This document shows positions 1 through 9,573 of a DNA stretch of 64,000 nucleotides, in pieces. Each line of letters starts with the position of its first letter. Positions within the stretch are counted from its first letter, which is position 1. The position numbers and the translations under genes are program-made. The notes beneath the pieces were generated by a model. It worked only from the letters and a program-made list of their open reading frames with translations, was not told the origin of the DNA and ran no database searches. Source of the DNA: Acidobacteriota bacterium (GTDB lineage Bacteria; Acidobacteriota; UBA890; WLXD01); assembly GCA_965205505.1 (NCBI GenBank), contig CBDBHB010000009.1, positions 608,001 to 672,000 of the forward strand. Reading direction: 5' to 3'.

Positions 1-746
1 AGCTCGGCCAGTGTGCCCAGCAGGGCCTGCGTCCGGACGTCGAGCGTCAGCTCGCGGTCGGCAAGCAACCGTTCGACGGTGCCGTCGATCTCCAGCTGGG
101 CTGCGGTGCTGTCGAAGCGCAGCTGGTCGATGCCGAGGTTGCGCCCATCCCAGCTAAGCGGGCCTCCGGAGAGTTCGATCTCCGCCTGGCGATGGCCGAC
201 GCGCAGACTTGCCGTACCCGGCATCTCGAGCCGTGGCTCTATCGCATCTCCGAGATCGAGCCGGATGTCGCCGGCGTCGAATTCATAGCCCACCGCCGCA
301 TCGCGCCACTCGATCTGGAGCTCGGAGATACGCAATCGCTCGACCGGCACTGTCGCGTCGACACGCATTCCGCCACCCTCGAAGTTGCTGGAACCGTCTG
401 CGGCCACGAAGACGGTGAGGCGTGGCTTTCTCAGCTCGACGTGTTGAAAGGCCAATCCCCGCCAGGCGGAGCTCCACGGCAGGTCGAGGGTGAGCTCGTC
501 GACATCGAAATACGAACGCTCTTGGCCCGGAGTACGCAGTTGCAGCCCGTGCAATCGAAACCACAGCGTCGGCAGCCGGTAGTCGAGCCGATCAACATGC
601 ACGCTCCCTTCGGGGACGATCCGTGCCAGCACGGCGGCGAGTACGCGTGCCCGCGCCCACGGCGTGTGCAGGGCGGCGATTCCGGCGACCGCCGCTAGAG
701 CTGCCAGAGCACAGAAGACCAACAACCGGCGGCGCCGACTCGACAT
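1..746 (-). CDS. AsmA/TamB-like membrane-anchored beta-rich protein, N-terminal part (runs off window edge)
   Basis: Manual translation from ATG 746: MSSRRRRLLVFCALAALAAVAGIAALHTPWARARVL...FDVDELTLDLPW...QHVELRKPRLTVFVAADGSSNF; open to position 1; N-terminal TM anchor and 'PxLxVxxxxDGxSN' typical of AsmA-like proteins. Not in ORF track. Confidence 0.65.
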   Translation of the reverse strand, partial: MSSRRRRLLVFCALAALAAVAGIAALHTPWARARVLAAVLARIVPEGSVHVDRLDYRLPTLWFRLHGLQLRTPGQERSYFDVDELTLDLPWSSAWRGLAFQHVELRKPRLTVFVAADGSSNFEGGGMRVDATVPVERLRISELQIEWRDAAVGYEFDAGDIRLDLGDAIEPRLEMPGTASLRVGHRQAEIELSGGPLSWDGRNLGIDQLRFDSTAAQLEIDGTVERLLADRELTLDVRTQALLGTLAE

Positions 747-786
747 GCGTATCATTCTGCCAAATCCTCGTTTGCGGAGTCTGACC

Positions 787-1329
787 ATGGAAACGGCCTG
801 GATCGACACCATCAGCGACGAAAGCGCCTCTCCGGAGCTCGCCAAGCTGTACGATCGTGCGCTCGACCCTGTCTCCGGCGAGCTCGACAACGTTCTCCGG
901 GTGCACTCGCTGCACGCCGCTGGACTCAGCGCCCACCTCGAGCTCTATACCGCGGTGATGCGCGGTACACCGGGGTTGCGCACCGTCGAGCGCGAGATGA
1001 TCGCGCTCCTGGTGTCGCAATTGAACGGCTGCGGCTACTGAATCACCCATCACCGGCGTGGTTTACGCCGGCTGCTGCGTGACGACGAGCTCGCTGGTCG
1101 CATCGAGTCGAACTACCAGAATGCGGATCTCGGCGGCCGTCGCCTGGCTATGCTGCGCTTTACGGAGAAGCTCACGCTGCGCCCCTCAGAGATGCAACGC
1201 GCCGACGTGCTCACCTTGCGTGCGGCCGGCTTCGGCGACCCGGACATTCTGGGCATCGTCGAGGTAGTCTCCTACTATGCCTACGTGAACCGCATCGCTG
1301 ACGGTCTGGGAGTTGCACTTGAAGGCTGA
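787..1329 (+). CDS. AhpD/carboxymuconolactone-decarboxylase-like peroxidase-related protein; probable selenoprotein (UGA 1039-1041 = Sec, motif CGYU)
   Basis: EREMIALLVSQLNGCGY-UGA-ITHH: UGA sits at the second Cys of the family CxxC. The frame continues with family-typical AMLRFTEKLT...LRAAGFGDPDILGIVEVVSYYAYVNRIADGLG to TGA 1327-1329. Confidence 0.85.
1053..1071 (+). promoter_or_regulatory. Putative bacterial SECIS hairpin
   Basis: CCGGCGT-GGTTT-ACGCCGG: perfect 7-bp stem starting 11 nt after the UGA, with a G-led loop. Confidence 0.7.
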
Positions 1330-1345
1330 TCCCCCTCTGCTGACG

Positions 1346-1891
1346 ATGGTGCCGGAATGGCGCCACGAAGATGATTCGGTGATCGCCGAGACCCGGATCT
1401 TCACGCTGCGGCGCCGACTGGGCGTGTCGCCAAGCCGGCCGCAGCAGCCTGGCGAATTCTTCTATATCGACTCCGCTGACTGGGTGAACGTGATCGCCTT
1501 GACGGCGGCGAACGAAGTGGTAGCGATCGAGCAGTTCCGGCATGGCAACGGCGAGGTCACGCTGGAGATTCCCGGCGGCATGGTCGACCCCGGTGAGGAG
1601 CCGCTGGTGGCGGGGGTGCGCGAGCTGGCCGAGGAAACCGGCTACGTTGGCCATGAGGCGCGCCTGATAGGTAAGGCGACCCCGAACCCGGCGATCTTCA
1701 ACAATCACTGCCATACGGTGCTGGTGCGCGACGCGGTCGTAGCACATAAGCCGACCCCCGAGCTACACGAGGAGATCGGCATCCGGTTGCTGCCGTTGGC
1801 GCAGATTCCCGAGCTGATCACCGCCGGCGTAATCCATCACGCGATGGTGGTCGTCGCGTTCCACTTCCTCGCCCTCCAGGGGACCAAGTGA
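1346..1891 (+). CDS. NUDIX hydrolase (ADP-ribose pyrophosphatase-like)
   Basis: Nudix box PGGMVDPGEEPLVAGVRELAEETGY; QFRHG...LEIPGG. Confidence 0.9.
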   Translation: MVPEWRHEDDSVIAETRIFTLRRRLGVSPSRPQQPGEFFYIDSADWVNVIALTAANEVVAIEQFRHGNGEVTLEIPGGMVDPGEEPLVAGVRELAEETGYVGHEARLIGKATPNPAIFNNHCHTVLVRDAVVAHKPTPELHEEIGIRLLPLAQIPELITAGVIHHAMVVVAFHFLALQGTK

Positions 1892-2841
1892 CGCCGCTGG
1901 GCCGGCACTCGAAGAGCGTGGCTTTCAGTGTCGTGACGATCAGCGCCATGGTTCTGGCGTGCCAGCCACCCCCTGGCGACCTGCGCATTGCTTGGGCGCC
2001 GGTGGAGTCGTTCAACCGCGAGTTGCCGGACCGAATTCGTGTGTATGCTGGCGCCGATCCCAGCATCCCGTTACGCGCTTGGTACGTAAGGGTGCAGCGA
2101 CACAGCGGCGGCCAGCTCGCCCGGGTATCGATCTCCACCGACGACGACGGCGTGGAGACGATTTCGGAGTTCGCGGCCCGGACATCGGCGCGTGTGGCCA
2201 TTAATGCGGGATTCTTCCGCACCGACACCGAGCTACCGCAACACATCGGCCTCTTGCTGATCGATCAAGTGCTCCTACAGTCGCCGCTGACGTCGGTCAT
2301 CTACGACGAGCAGCGCTACTACGTGGCACGTGCGGCGCTCGGTTTGATGCTTGACGGTTCGGCTGACGTTGCCTGGGTCACCGGACATGAAGGCTTGCTT
2401 TACGAACAATCGGAGCCACCGCAGAATGTGCCGAACGCGCCGGCGGCGGAACCGCAGGCTGATTCCTTGGTCGAGTGGCCGGTGCGCGACGCGGTAGCCG
2501 GGGGGCCGGTCCTGGTTGACGCTGGTGAAGTGCGAGTCACGAGTCATCAAGAAGTTTTCTTTGGCACCGCTAGCGATGAGGCGCATCCGCGGTCAGCGGC
2601 GGGCGTAACCGCCGCGGGAGAGTTGATCGTCATGGTGGTCGATGGTCGCCAACGGGAGAGCCGTGGGGTAGATCTGCGGGAACTGGCCGAGCTGATGCGC
2701 GACGTCGGCTGCGTCGAGGCGCTCAATCTCGACGGCGGTGGCTCGTCGACGCTGGTCGTTGACGGCGCACTGGTAAACCGGCCGCTAGGGAGTGAGTCGC
2801 AGCGCGAGGTCATGTCGGCGCTGATGGTCATGGAACCTTAA
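1888..2841 (+). CDS. Phosphodiester glycosidase (NAGPA-like) family lipoprotein
   Basis: AINAGFF, GGPVLV, HPRSAAG, VVDGRQ, ALNLDGGGSSTL motifs; lipobox VLAC. Confidence 0.85.
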   Translation: MTPLGRHSKSVAFSVVTISAMVLACQPPPGDLRIAWAPVESFNRELPDRIRVYAGADPSIPLRAWYVRVQRHSGGQLARVSISTDDDGVETISEFAARTSARVAINAGFFRTDTELPQHIGLLLIDQVLLQSPLTSVIYDEQRYYVARAALGLMLDGSADVAWVTGHEGLLYEQSEPPQNVPNAPAAEPQADSLVEWPVRDAVAGGPVLVDAGEVRVTSHQEVFFGTASDEAHPRSAAGVTAAGELIVMVVDGRQRESRGVDLRELAELMRDVGCVEALNLDGGGSSTLVVDGALVNRPLGSESQREVMSALMVMEP

Positions 2842-2878
2842 GGCCTGCCGGGCTGCTGAAGATGGAGGGGATCAGACA

Positions 2879-4180
2879 ATGTCGAGGGGTTTTTGGTCGG
2901 TGGCGGTGTCGGGGTGGCTCGTGGTCGTTGCGGGGTGCTCCGCCCCTGAGCCGATCGAGGTTACTGAAGCCGATTTCGGGGCTGTGGCGCGTGGCATCCA
3001 CGAGCGCGTCATAACAATCGATACTCACGACGACATCCCCGCGAACTTTGCCACCGCCGAGGTCGATCCGGGCGTTCGTGGCGATCGGCAGGTCGACCTG
3101 CCCAAGATGCGCGAGGGCGGGCTCGATGTGGCGTTCTTCGTCGTCTTCGTGGGTCAAGGCAACAACGACGCCGCCGGATACACCGGCGCCTACGAACAGG
3201 CGATGACGAAGTTCGAAGCGATCCACCGGCTGACCGAGCAGATGCACCCGGACTTGATCGAGTTGGCGACCAGCGCCGCTGATGTGGAGCGCATCGTCGG
3301 CGAGGGCAAGCTGGTGGCGGCAATCGGTATCGAGAACGGCTGGCCGGTAGGCGAGGACCTGACGAACGTCGCCAAGTTCCACGAGCTGGGTGGAGGCTAT
3401 TTTGGATTGGTACACAACGGGCACAACCAGATCGCCGACTCCACCAATCCGCGCGACGGCGAGCCCGCCGAGCTGCACGGTGGTGTGAGCGATTATGGCG
3501 CCGAGGTGATCGCCGAGGTCAACCGCGTGGGCATGATGATCGACGTGTCGCACGCCTCCAAGGCAGCCATGCTCGAGGCCCTAGAGCTGTCTCAGGCGCC
3601 AGTGATCGGGTCGCACTCGGGATGCAGCGCCCTGTGCGACGTGAGCCGCAACATGGATGACGAGCAGCTGCTGGCACTGAGGGAGAACGGCGGGGTGATT
3701 CAGATGGTTGCGCTGGGCGACTTCGTGAAGGTCACGTCGGAGCGTGAGGCGGCGATCAACGAGCTGGCGCGCGAGATCGCCGGCATGGACAGCATGCGGG
3801 CGGTATCCCGTAGCCGTTTCTCCGCCCCCAAGGAGGAGCGTGCCGCGATCGAGGAGCAGCTGGCCGAGATTCAGGCGAGAGTGGCGGCGGAGGTCGATCC
3901 CGTGCATCCAGCGGCGGGCGTGGCCGATTTCGTCGACCACATCGACCACGCGGTGAATTTGATCGGCCTAGAGCATGTCGGTATCAGCTCCGACTTCGAC
4001 GGCGGCGGCGGCGTGGTCGGCTGGAACGATGCCAGCGAGACCTTGAACGTGACGCTGGAACTTGTCCAACGTGGTTATAGCGAGGACGAGATCCGCGCTC
4101 TCTGGGGCGGCAACCTGCTGCGCGTTTGGCGGGAGGTAGAGGAGGTGGCGTGGAGCATGCAGGCGTCAGGAGCCAGCTGA
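2879..4180 (+). CDS. Membrane dipeptidase (M19), lipoprotein
   Basis: IDTHDD, GIENG, IDVSH, SHS, GISSDFDGGG; lipobox VAGC. Confidence 0.92.
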   Translation: MSRGFWSVAVSGWLVVVAGCSAPEPIEVTEADFGAVARGIHERVITIDTHDDIPANFATAEVDPGVRGDRQVDLPKMREGGLDVAFFVVFVGQGNNDAAGYTGAYEQAMTKFEAIHRLTEQMHPDLIELATSAADVERIVGEGKLVAAIGIENGWPVGEDLTNVAKFHELGGGYFGLVHNGHNQIADSTNPRDGEPAELHGGVSDYGAEVIAEVNRVGMMIDVSHASKAAMLEALELSQAPVIGSHSGCSALCDVSRNMDDEQLLALRENGGVIQMVALGDFVKVTSEREAAINELAREIAGMDSMRAVSRSRFSAPKEERAAIEEQLAEIQARVAAEVDPVHPAAGVADFVDHIDHAVNLIGLEHVGISSDFDGGGGVVGWNDASETLNVTLELVQRGYSEDEIRALWGGNLLRVWREVEEVAWSMQASGAS

Positions 4181-4362
4181 GGCAAGACCCGTGCAGTCGC
4201 GTCGGCCCGTTTCGCCCGATTTGCACGACTGCTGGTGGCGGCGGACACTGGTGCGGTTGGACTCAACGTCGAGCTGCCGAATGGTGGCGGCTCCATGCTC
4301 CTGAACAGGTCGAGTCGCAGGTAGCTTGACGGCCCCGCGTCTCCGGTAACCGAGGACGAGAC

Positions 4363-4761
4363 ATGCGTGGCTTTGTGTTCATGGCCCATTCGGGCGTTCG
4401 CTATCTGGTGCTGTTGGCAGCGATCGTTGCCATCGCCTATTTGCTGATGGCCGTAATGCAGCGCCGGCCATTCGGCAAGGCATCACGCACGCTCAGCGCG
4501 ATCTACACTGGCCTGCTTGATTTGCAGACACTGCTCGGCCTGATCAACATGATGGTGGTGCCGATCTACCCGCAGCTACTCGGCCACATCTTCGTCATGT
4601 TCGGGGCGGTCTTCGCGGCCCACGGCTTCGTGATGACCAATAAGCGCAAGCCGGAAGCCGAGCAGACCAACCTCGCCCCGCTACTTGGTGTGGTGGTATC
4701 GGTTGGTCTTATCATCCTGGGCATCATGGCGATTGGTCGGCCGATCTTCGGCTCGTCCTGA
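4363..4761 (+). CDS. Four-TM hypothetical membrane protein (possibly heme-b binding)
   Basis: Four hydrophobic segments, His in AHSG/GHIF/AHG; stop overlaps next ATG (TGATG). Confidence 0.65.
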   Translation: MRGFVFMAHSGVRYLVLLAAIVAIAYLLMAVMQRRPFGKASRTLSAIYTGLLDLQTLLGLINMMVVPIYPQLLGHIFVMFGAVFAAHGFVMTNKRKPEAEQTNLAPLLGVVVSVGLIILGIMAIGRPIFGSS

Positions 4762-6260
4762 TGGAGGCGTTCGACCAGCTGCGCGAGCTGCTCGGACAGG
4801 TCGTCGACCTCAACGCTGCTCAGGCATTGCTCTCCTGGGATCAAGAGACCTACATGCCGCCCGGTGGCCTGAACGCTCGTGCGCAGCAGCTGGCCACCCT
4901 CGGGAAGCTGGCACACGAACGCTTCGTCTCCGACGAGGTCGGCCGATTGCTCGAGGAGCTAGAGCCTCTGGCCGCGGAGCTTGACGCCGATTCCGACCAG
5001 GCTCGGATGATCAGCGTCGTCCGTCGCGATTTCGACAAGGCTACCCGGCTTCCGGCGACGCTGGTCGCCGAGCTGGCGCGAAGCAGGGCAATGTCGCAAC
5101 AGGCCTGGAAGGGTGCCCGCGAGGACTCGGATTTCGCACGACTCCGACCACATCTGGAGCACGTGGTAGACCTCCTGCGCCGCAAGGCCGAGGCGCTGGG
5201 CTACGAGGATGTCCCCTACGATGCGCTGCTCGACGAATACGAGCCCGAGATGCGTACCGCGCGCCTGCGGGTCGTCTTCGCGGCCCTCCGCAAGGAGCTC
5301 GTGCCGATCGTTCAGGCGATCGCCGAGAGCCCGGTTGCCGATGACAGCTTTCTTCATCAGGAGTTCGACGAGCAGCTGCAGTGGGAATTCGGCCTGCGTG
5401 TAGCACGCGATTTCGGTTTCGACCTCGAGCGCGGACGCCAGGACAGATCGGCACATCCCTTCTCGACGAGCTTCTCAATCAACGACGTTCGCATAACCAC
5501 GCGTGTGCAGTTGAACTTCCTGCCATCGTGCCTGTTCGGAACCCTGCACGAGGCCGGACACGCGATGTACGAACAGGGCGTCGACGCGACGCTCGAGCGC
5601 ACCCTGCTCGCCAGCGGTACTTCGCTCGGCGTGCACGAATCGCAGTCGCGGCTGTGGGAGAATCTCGTTGGGCGCTCGCGACCGTTCTGGTCGTTCTACT
5701 ACGAGCTGTTGCAACGAGCGTTCCCTGCTCAGCTCGGCGGCGTCTCCGTCGACCAGTTCTACCGCGGTATCAACAAGGTGGAGCCTTCGCTGATTCGGGT
5801 GGAGGCAGATGAGGTGACCTACAACCTTCACATCATGCTGCGCTTCGAGCTCGAGACGGCACTGTTGGCGGGTGATCTGACGGTACGCGATCTGCCGGAG
5901 GCGTGGAACGAGAAGAGCCGCGAGTACCTTGGTCTGGCGCCTGCCGACGACGCCAGCGGCGTGCTCCAAGACATCCACTGGTCAGCGGGTCTGATCGGTT
6001 ACTTCCCGACCTATGCCCTTGGCAATCTGATCTCCGCGCAGCTGTTCGAGCGCGCCACGCTGGAGATCACGGACCTGGAGGATCAGATCGCCTCGGGCAA
6101 CTTTGCTGAGCTCCTCGGCTGGTTGCGCGAGCACATCCATCGACCCGGTCGAAAGTTCACCGCCAGCGAGCTCCTGCGGCGCATTACCGACTCGGACATC
6201 GACGCTGGCGCTTGGCTCGGGTACGTGCGCGCCAAGTTTGGCCGCCTGTACGATCTCTAG
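4761..6260 (+). CDS. Carboxypeptidase M32 (Taq family)
   Basis: HPF, DVRITTR, HEAGHAMYEQG, HESQSRLWEN, IRVEADEVTYNLH, QDIHW, GYFPTYALG. Confidence 0.96.
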   Translation: MEAFDQLRELLGQVVDLNAAQALLSWDQETYMPPGGLNARAQQLATLGKLAHERFVSDEVGRLLEELEPLAAELDADSDQARMISVVRRDFDKATRLPATLVAELARSRAMSQQAWKGAREDSDFARLRPHLEHVVDLLRRKAEALGYEDVPYDALLDEYEPEMRTARLRVVFAALRKELVPIVQAIAESPVADDSFLHQEFDEQLQWEFGLRVARDFGFDLERGRQDRSAHPFSTSFSINDVRITTRVQLNFLPSCLFGTLHEAGHAMYEQGVDATLERTLLASGTSLGVHESQSRLWENLVGRSRPFWSFYYELLQRAFPAQLGGVSVDQFYRGINKVEPSLIRVEADEVTYNLHIMLRFELETALLAGDLTVRDLPEAWNEKSREYLGLAPADDASGVLQDIHWSAGLIGYFPTYALGNLISAQLFERATLEITDLEDQIASGNFAELLGWLREHIHRPGRKFTASELLRRITDSDIDAGAWLGYVRAKFGRLYDL

Positions 6261-6448
6261 CAGGGTGCTGAAGAACTCTGGTGGGTCTGGCGCGTGGGTC
6301 TTGCTGGCGAGATCAAGAAAGAGCGGTGGCGCCACGCTCTCACGGCGTGGGCTCGAGCCTGCCACCCTACACCCGACCGCATGGCTCCGATAAGGTTCGA
6401 GCCTGAATCCCTATCACCAATAAGCACCGTCGTACCCGGAGGTCTGCC

Positions 6449-8593
6449 ATGCATCGACGCGCACTCACGCTGTTGACGCTCATCCTCAGCCTGGGGGTGA
6501 CCCTGGATCCTGCCTCGAGTCTGGCTCAGGAGGCGGCGTCCGCAGCAACGGAGCCCGGCCGTCTGGCTGCCGAAGACACCCTGCGGATCAGCAACGTCGG
6601 CAACCCGCGCATCTCGCCGGACGGCGAGTGGGTGCTTTACACGGTGGCGAGCCGCGATATGGATGACGACGAGCTGTCGCGCCACACGCACTTGTATCGC
6701 GTACGTGTTGACGGCACCGGGGGGAGGCAACTCACCCGGGGAGACAGCTCCGCCAGCTCGCCACAGTGGTTTCCGTCGGGCGACAAGTTCGCCTTCCTTC
6801 GCGAGGTCGACGAGGAAAGTCAGGTATTTGCCATGCACACCGATGGCGGGGAGGCCTGGCAGGTGACGGATTCCGAGGAAGGGGCTGGCAGCTACGGGCT
6901 CTCTCCGGACGGCAGCAAGATCTGGTTCGTGGCGCGTGACCCCGAGACCGCTGAGCAGAAGCGGCGCGCCAAACAGCACGACGATGCCGTCGTCGTCGAT
7001 GCCGAGTTCCGCTTCAGTCACCTCTGGTTGCACGATATGGAGGCGGGCGAGTCGACGCGGCTGACGGACGGCGACTTTACCGTCAGCGACCCACGCTGGT
7101 CGCCTGATTCCAGCCGTATCGCCTTTGTTACGCGACCGACGACCAAGGTGAACGACGGCTGGAACAGCGACATCCGCGTGGCCGACGTTGCTTCGGGCGA
7201 GTCGCGGGTGTTGTTCCAGAACCCAGGGCCCGATACCTCTCCGCGCTGGTCGCCGGACGGCGACAAGATCGCGTTCACCGCCAACACCCACTCCGGAACA
7301 ACCGTCTGGCACAGCAAGCTCTACCTGCTGCCGGCGGATGGCGGTGGCGAACCCAAGATCTTGCTCGAGGACTTCGACCTGAACGCCGGCGCGCCGATCT
7401 GGGCTCCCAACGGCGCCGATATCTATTGGGCCACCGGTGAGCGCACCGACGTGGCGCTCTACTCGGTGCAGCTAGCTACCGACGAAGTTCTGCGGCACGG
7501 TGTGCCCTCGGGCGCCAACTTCCAGTTCCAGCTGTCGCACGACGGCGGTCGCTGGGTATGGGTGCACTCCAACCCGGCGCATCCGTCCGAGCTCTACACC
7601 GCGCCGTCGAACGATCTTTCGCAGCTCACTCGTCTCACCACCCACAATGCCTGGTTGGCGGAGTCGTTCGAGCTCGCCGCCGCCCGCCCCATCACCTGGA
7701 CCAACTCCGACGGTCAGGAGATCGAGGGCGTGGTGCACTTTCCGATCGGGTATCGGGAGGGGACGGCGTACCCGCTTATCGTCCACCCGCACGGTGGTCC
7801 CAGCGGCGCGGTGATGACGTCGTTCAACTCCACCAACCAGATGCTCGCCGCCAACGGCTTCCTGGTGTTGCAGCCCAACTTCCGCGGCAGCTCCAACTAC
7901 GGTCAGGAGTTCCTCAACGCCAACCGTGACAACTGGGGCACACGCGACTACGACGACATCATGACCGGGGTCGACGACCTCATCGCGCGCGGCTGGGCCG
8001 ATGCCGATCGGATGGTCGCGTACGGTTGGAGCTACGGTGGCTACATGACCTTTTGGATGTCCACCCAGACCGATCGCTTCAAGCTGATCTCACCGGGTGC
8101 CGGGCTCACCAACTTGTACTCGATGTACAGCACGACCGACATTCCGGGATACATGGGGTGGTTCTTCGGCACGCCGTGGGACGACGAGGACGCGTACCGA
8201 CGCCACTCGCCCATTCGCCACGTGAAGAACGTCACCGCCAAGATGCTGATCATGCACGGCGCGAACGATGCCCGCGTGCCACCGGAGCAGGCGGTGGAGT
8301 TCTACCAGGCGCTGCGCGACCTGGGTAAGGACGTCACGTACATTTCCTATCCGCGCCAGGGACACGGCATCGGTGAGCCGCGACTGCAAGTGGACCGCCT
8401 GCGTCGTTATGTGTGCGCGTTCACCGATGCTGTAGGGATGGACGCTACCACCGAGGATTGCGACGGCGGCGTGCCGGCGGTGCCTGCCGAGCCTGCCGAA
8501 GAGAGCGAGGACACGGCAGCGGGCAGCAGCGCCGACGATGACAACGATGCGCTGGGAGACGGTACTTTCCGTGTCGTCGAGGCGCACGAATAG
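6449..8593 (+). CDS. S9 family (acylaminoacyl/dipeptidyl) peptidase with PD40 beta-propeller, secreted
   Basis: Signal peptide, WSPDG repeats, HGGP, NFRGS, GWSYGG nucleophile, HGANDARV, GH; acidic tail. Confidence 0.93.
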   Translation: MHRRALTLLTLILSLGVTLDPASSLAQEAASAATEPGRLAAEDTLRISNVGNPRISPDGEWVLYTVASRDMDDDELSRHTHLYRVRVDGTGGRQLTRGDSSASSPQWFPSGDKFAFLREVDEESQVFAMHTDGGEAWQVTDSEEGAGSYGLSPDGSKIWFVARDPETAEQKRRAKQHDDAVVVDAEFRFSHLWLHDMEAGESTRLTDGDFTVSDPRWSPDSSRIAFVTRPTTKVNDGWNSDIRVADVASGESRVLFQNPGPDTSPRWSPDGDKIAFTANTHSGTTVWHSKLYLLPADGGGEPKILLEDFDLNAGAPIWAPNGADIYWATGERTDVALYSVQLATDEVLRHGVPSGANFQFQLSHDGGRWVWVHSNPAHPSELYTAPSNDLSQLTRLTTHNAWLAESFELAAARPITWTNSDGQEIEGVVHFPIGYREGTAYPLIVHPHGGPSGAVMTSFNSTNQMLAANGFLVLQPNFRGSSNYGQEFLNANRDNWGTRDYDDIMTGVDDLIARGWADADRMVAYGWSYGGYMTFWMSTQTDRFKLISPGAGLTNLYSMYSTTDIPGYMGWFFGTPWDDEDAYRRHSPIRHVKNVTAKMLIMHGANDARVPPEQAVEFYQALRDLGKDVTYISYPRQGHGIGEPRLQVDRLRRYVCAFTDAVGMDATTEDCDGGVPAVPAEPAEESEDTAAGSSADDDNDALGDGTFRVVEAHE

Positions 8594-8693
8594 CTGATCC
8601 GATGGTCGGCGCCCACGACGGCGGTGTACCCGAGCGCGCTGTGGACGCCGCCATGCTCCACGAGCGGCTGGGACCCGTGTCTTCTGGCCCCCC

Positions 8694-8753
8694 GAAAAAT
8701 CCGTACCGAACTGGCTTTCAGTGACTTTTATAATGGGACACTATCCAGAAGTG
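8694..8753. repeat. Direct repeat A1 (60 bp), left boundary of island
   Basis: Hand alignment to 10923-10982: 51/60 identical, last 38 bp 36/38 (tttcagtgacttt[t/c]ataatgggacacta[t/c]ccagaagtg). Confidence 0.9.
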
Positions 8754-8930
8754 GGTGGTGTCATAATATCGTTTTCTTTCATCTGTTCTGATGTTGAAGT
8801 TTAGTCACCATGGTGAAATAATCCAAATCAACTTCAGAAGCATAGCCCGGCGGAAGCTCCGGTAGACACCTGTTTGGCCCGAAACAACTCAGGCCGGACG
8901 GTCGGCGCACCCGCCGGGCGTTCCTGTGTC

Positions 8931-8959
8931 TTAACGTGAATCGATTCGCGTCATATGAT
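8931..8959 (+). promoter_or_regulatory. Putative sigma70 promoter with palindromic spacer for gene 8983
   Basis: TTAACG-N17-TATGAT; imperfect palindrome cgtgaatcgattcgcg overlaps the spacer; GGAG SD before ATG 8983. Confidence 0.4.
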
Positions 8960-8982
8960 CTTTCTGTCTGCCGGAGATCATC

Positions 8983-9522
8983 ATGAGCACCGACAAAGAG
9001 TTCGCGTCCACGCTGGTGGAGCAGTACCACCAGCTCACCAGTCGCGCCGACGAAATCAAAGTCGAGCGGTCGAACCTACACGAGCAGCAGGAAGCGCTCT
9101 CCACCGAGCTAACCAAGGTCGAGAACCTGCTACTCGGGATCTGGGACCTACTCGATGAGATCGGCGACTCCAGCAAGCTCCTCGGAGCGGATCTTCCGTT
9201 CAAAATCCCCGAAGAGGACGTGTCGGCCGACGAAGCGATTCTGACGCACCTTGCCAAGCGCTCGGAGCCTCGCGCCGTGCAGAAGGTCGCCATACTCATC
9301 TCCGCGAAGGGACTCCTCGGGCTGGGCGAGTACACGGATTCCGGTATTCGGTCAGCCATCGCCCGCGCTTGCAAGCGTGGCGATCTAGAACGTGTGGGGC
9401 GGGGCAGGGTCCGATTATCAGAAGAGGCGGTTGAGAAGTACGAGCCCAAGTCAAGTGGCGGTGGTGCTGGTGTTGTCATTCATGGAGGCGCCCTCGTGAA
9501 TGACGACGACATTCCGTTCTAG
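8983..9522 (+). CDS. Hypothetical protein: N-terminal coiled coil, probable winged-helix domain, Gly linker and SSB-like C-terminal DDDIPF
   Basis: Heptad-rich N-terminus; ILTHL...SGIRSAIARACKRGDLERVGRGRVRL resembles a wHTH recognition helix plus wing; ends SSGGGAG...VNDDDIPF. Confidence 0.75.
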   Translation: MSTDKEFASTLVEQYHQLTSRADEIKVERSNLHEQQEALSTELTKVENLLLGIWDLLDEIGDSSKLLGADLPFKIPEEDVSADEAILTHLAKRSEPRAVQKVAILISAKGLLGLGEYTDSGIRSAIARACKRGDLERVGRGRVRLSEEAVEKYEPKSSGGGAGVVIHGGALVNDDDIPF

Positions 9523-9559
9523 AAAAAGAGCCCGCCGCTGCGGTAACAGCGACGGGCTC
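9523..9559 (-). terminator. Intrinsic terminator (minus strand)
   Basis: 13-bp stem gagcccgccgctg/cagcgacgggctc; the single C-A mismatch becomes G-U on the minus strand, which is followed by U5. Confidence 0.7.
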
Positions 9560-9573
9560 CAACTACTCATGAT

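Noticed and set aside
8845-8920. Purine riboswitch or hammerhead ribozyme
   Set aside because: Only short fragments (gtctacc, ctgatg, gaaac) match; the required core junctions are not arranged correctly.
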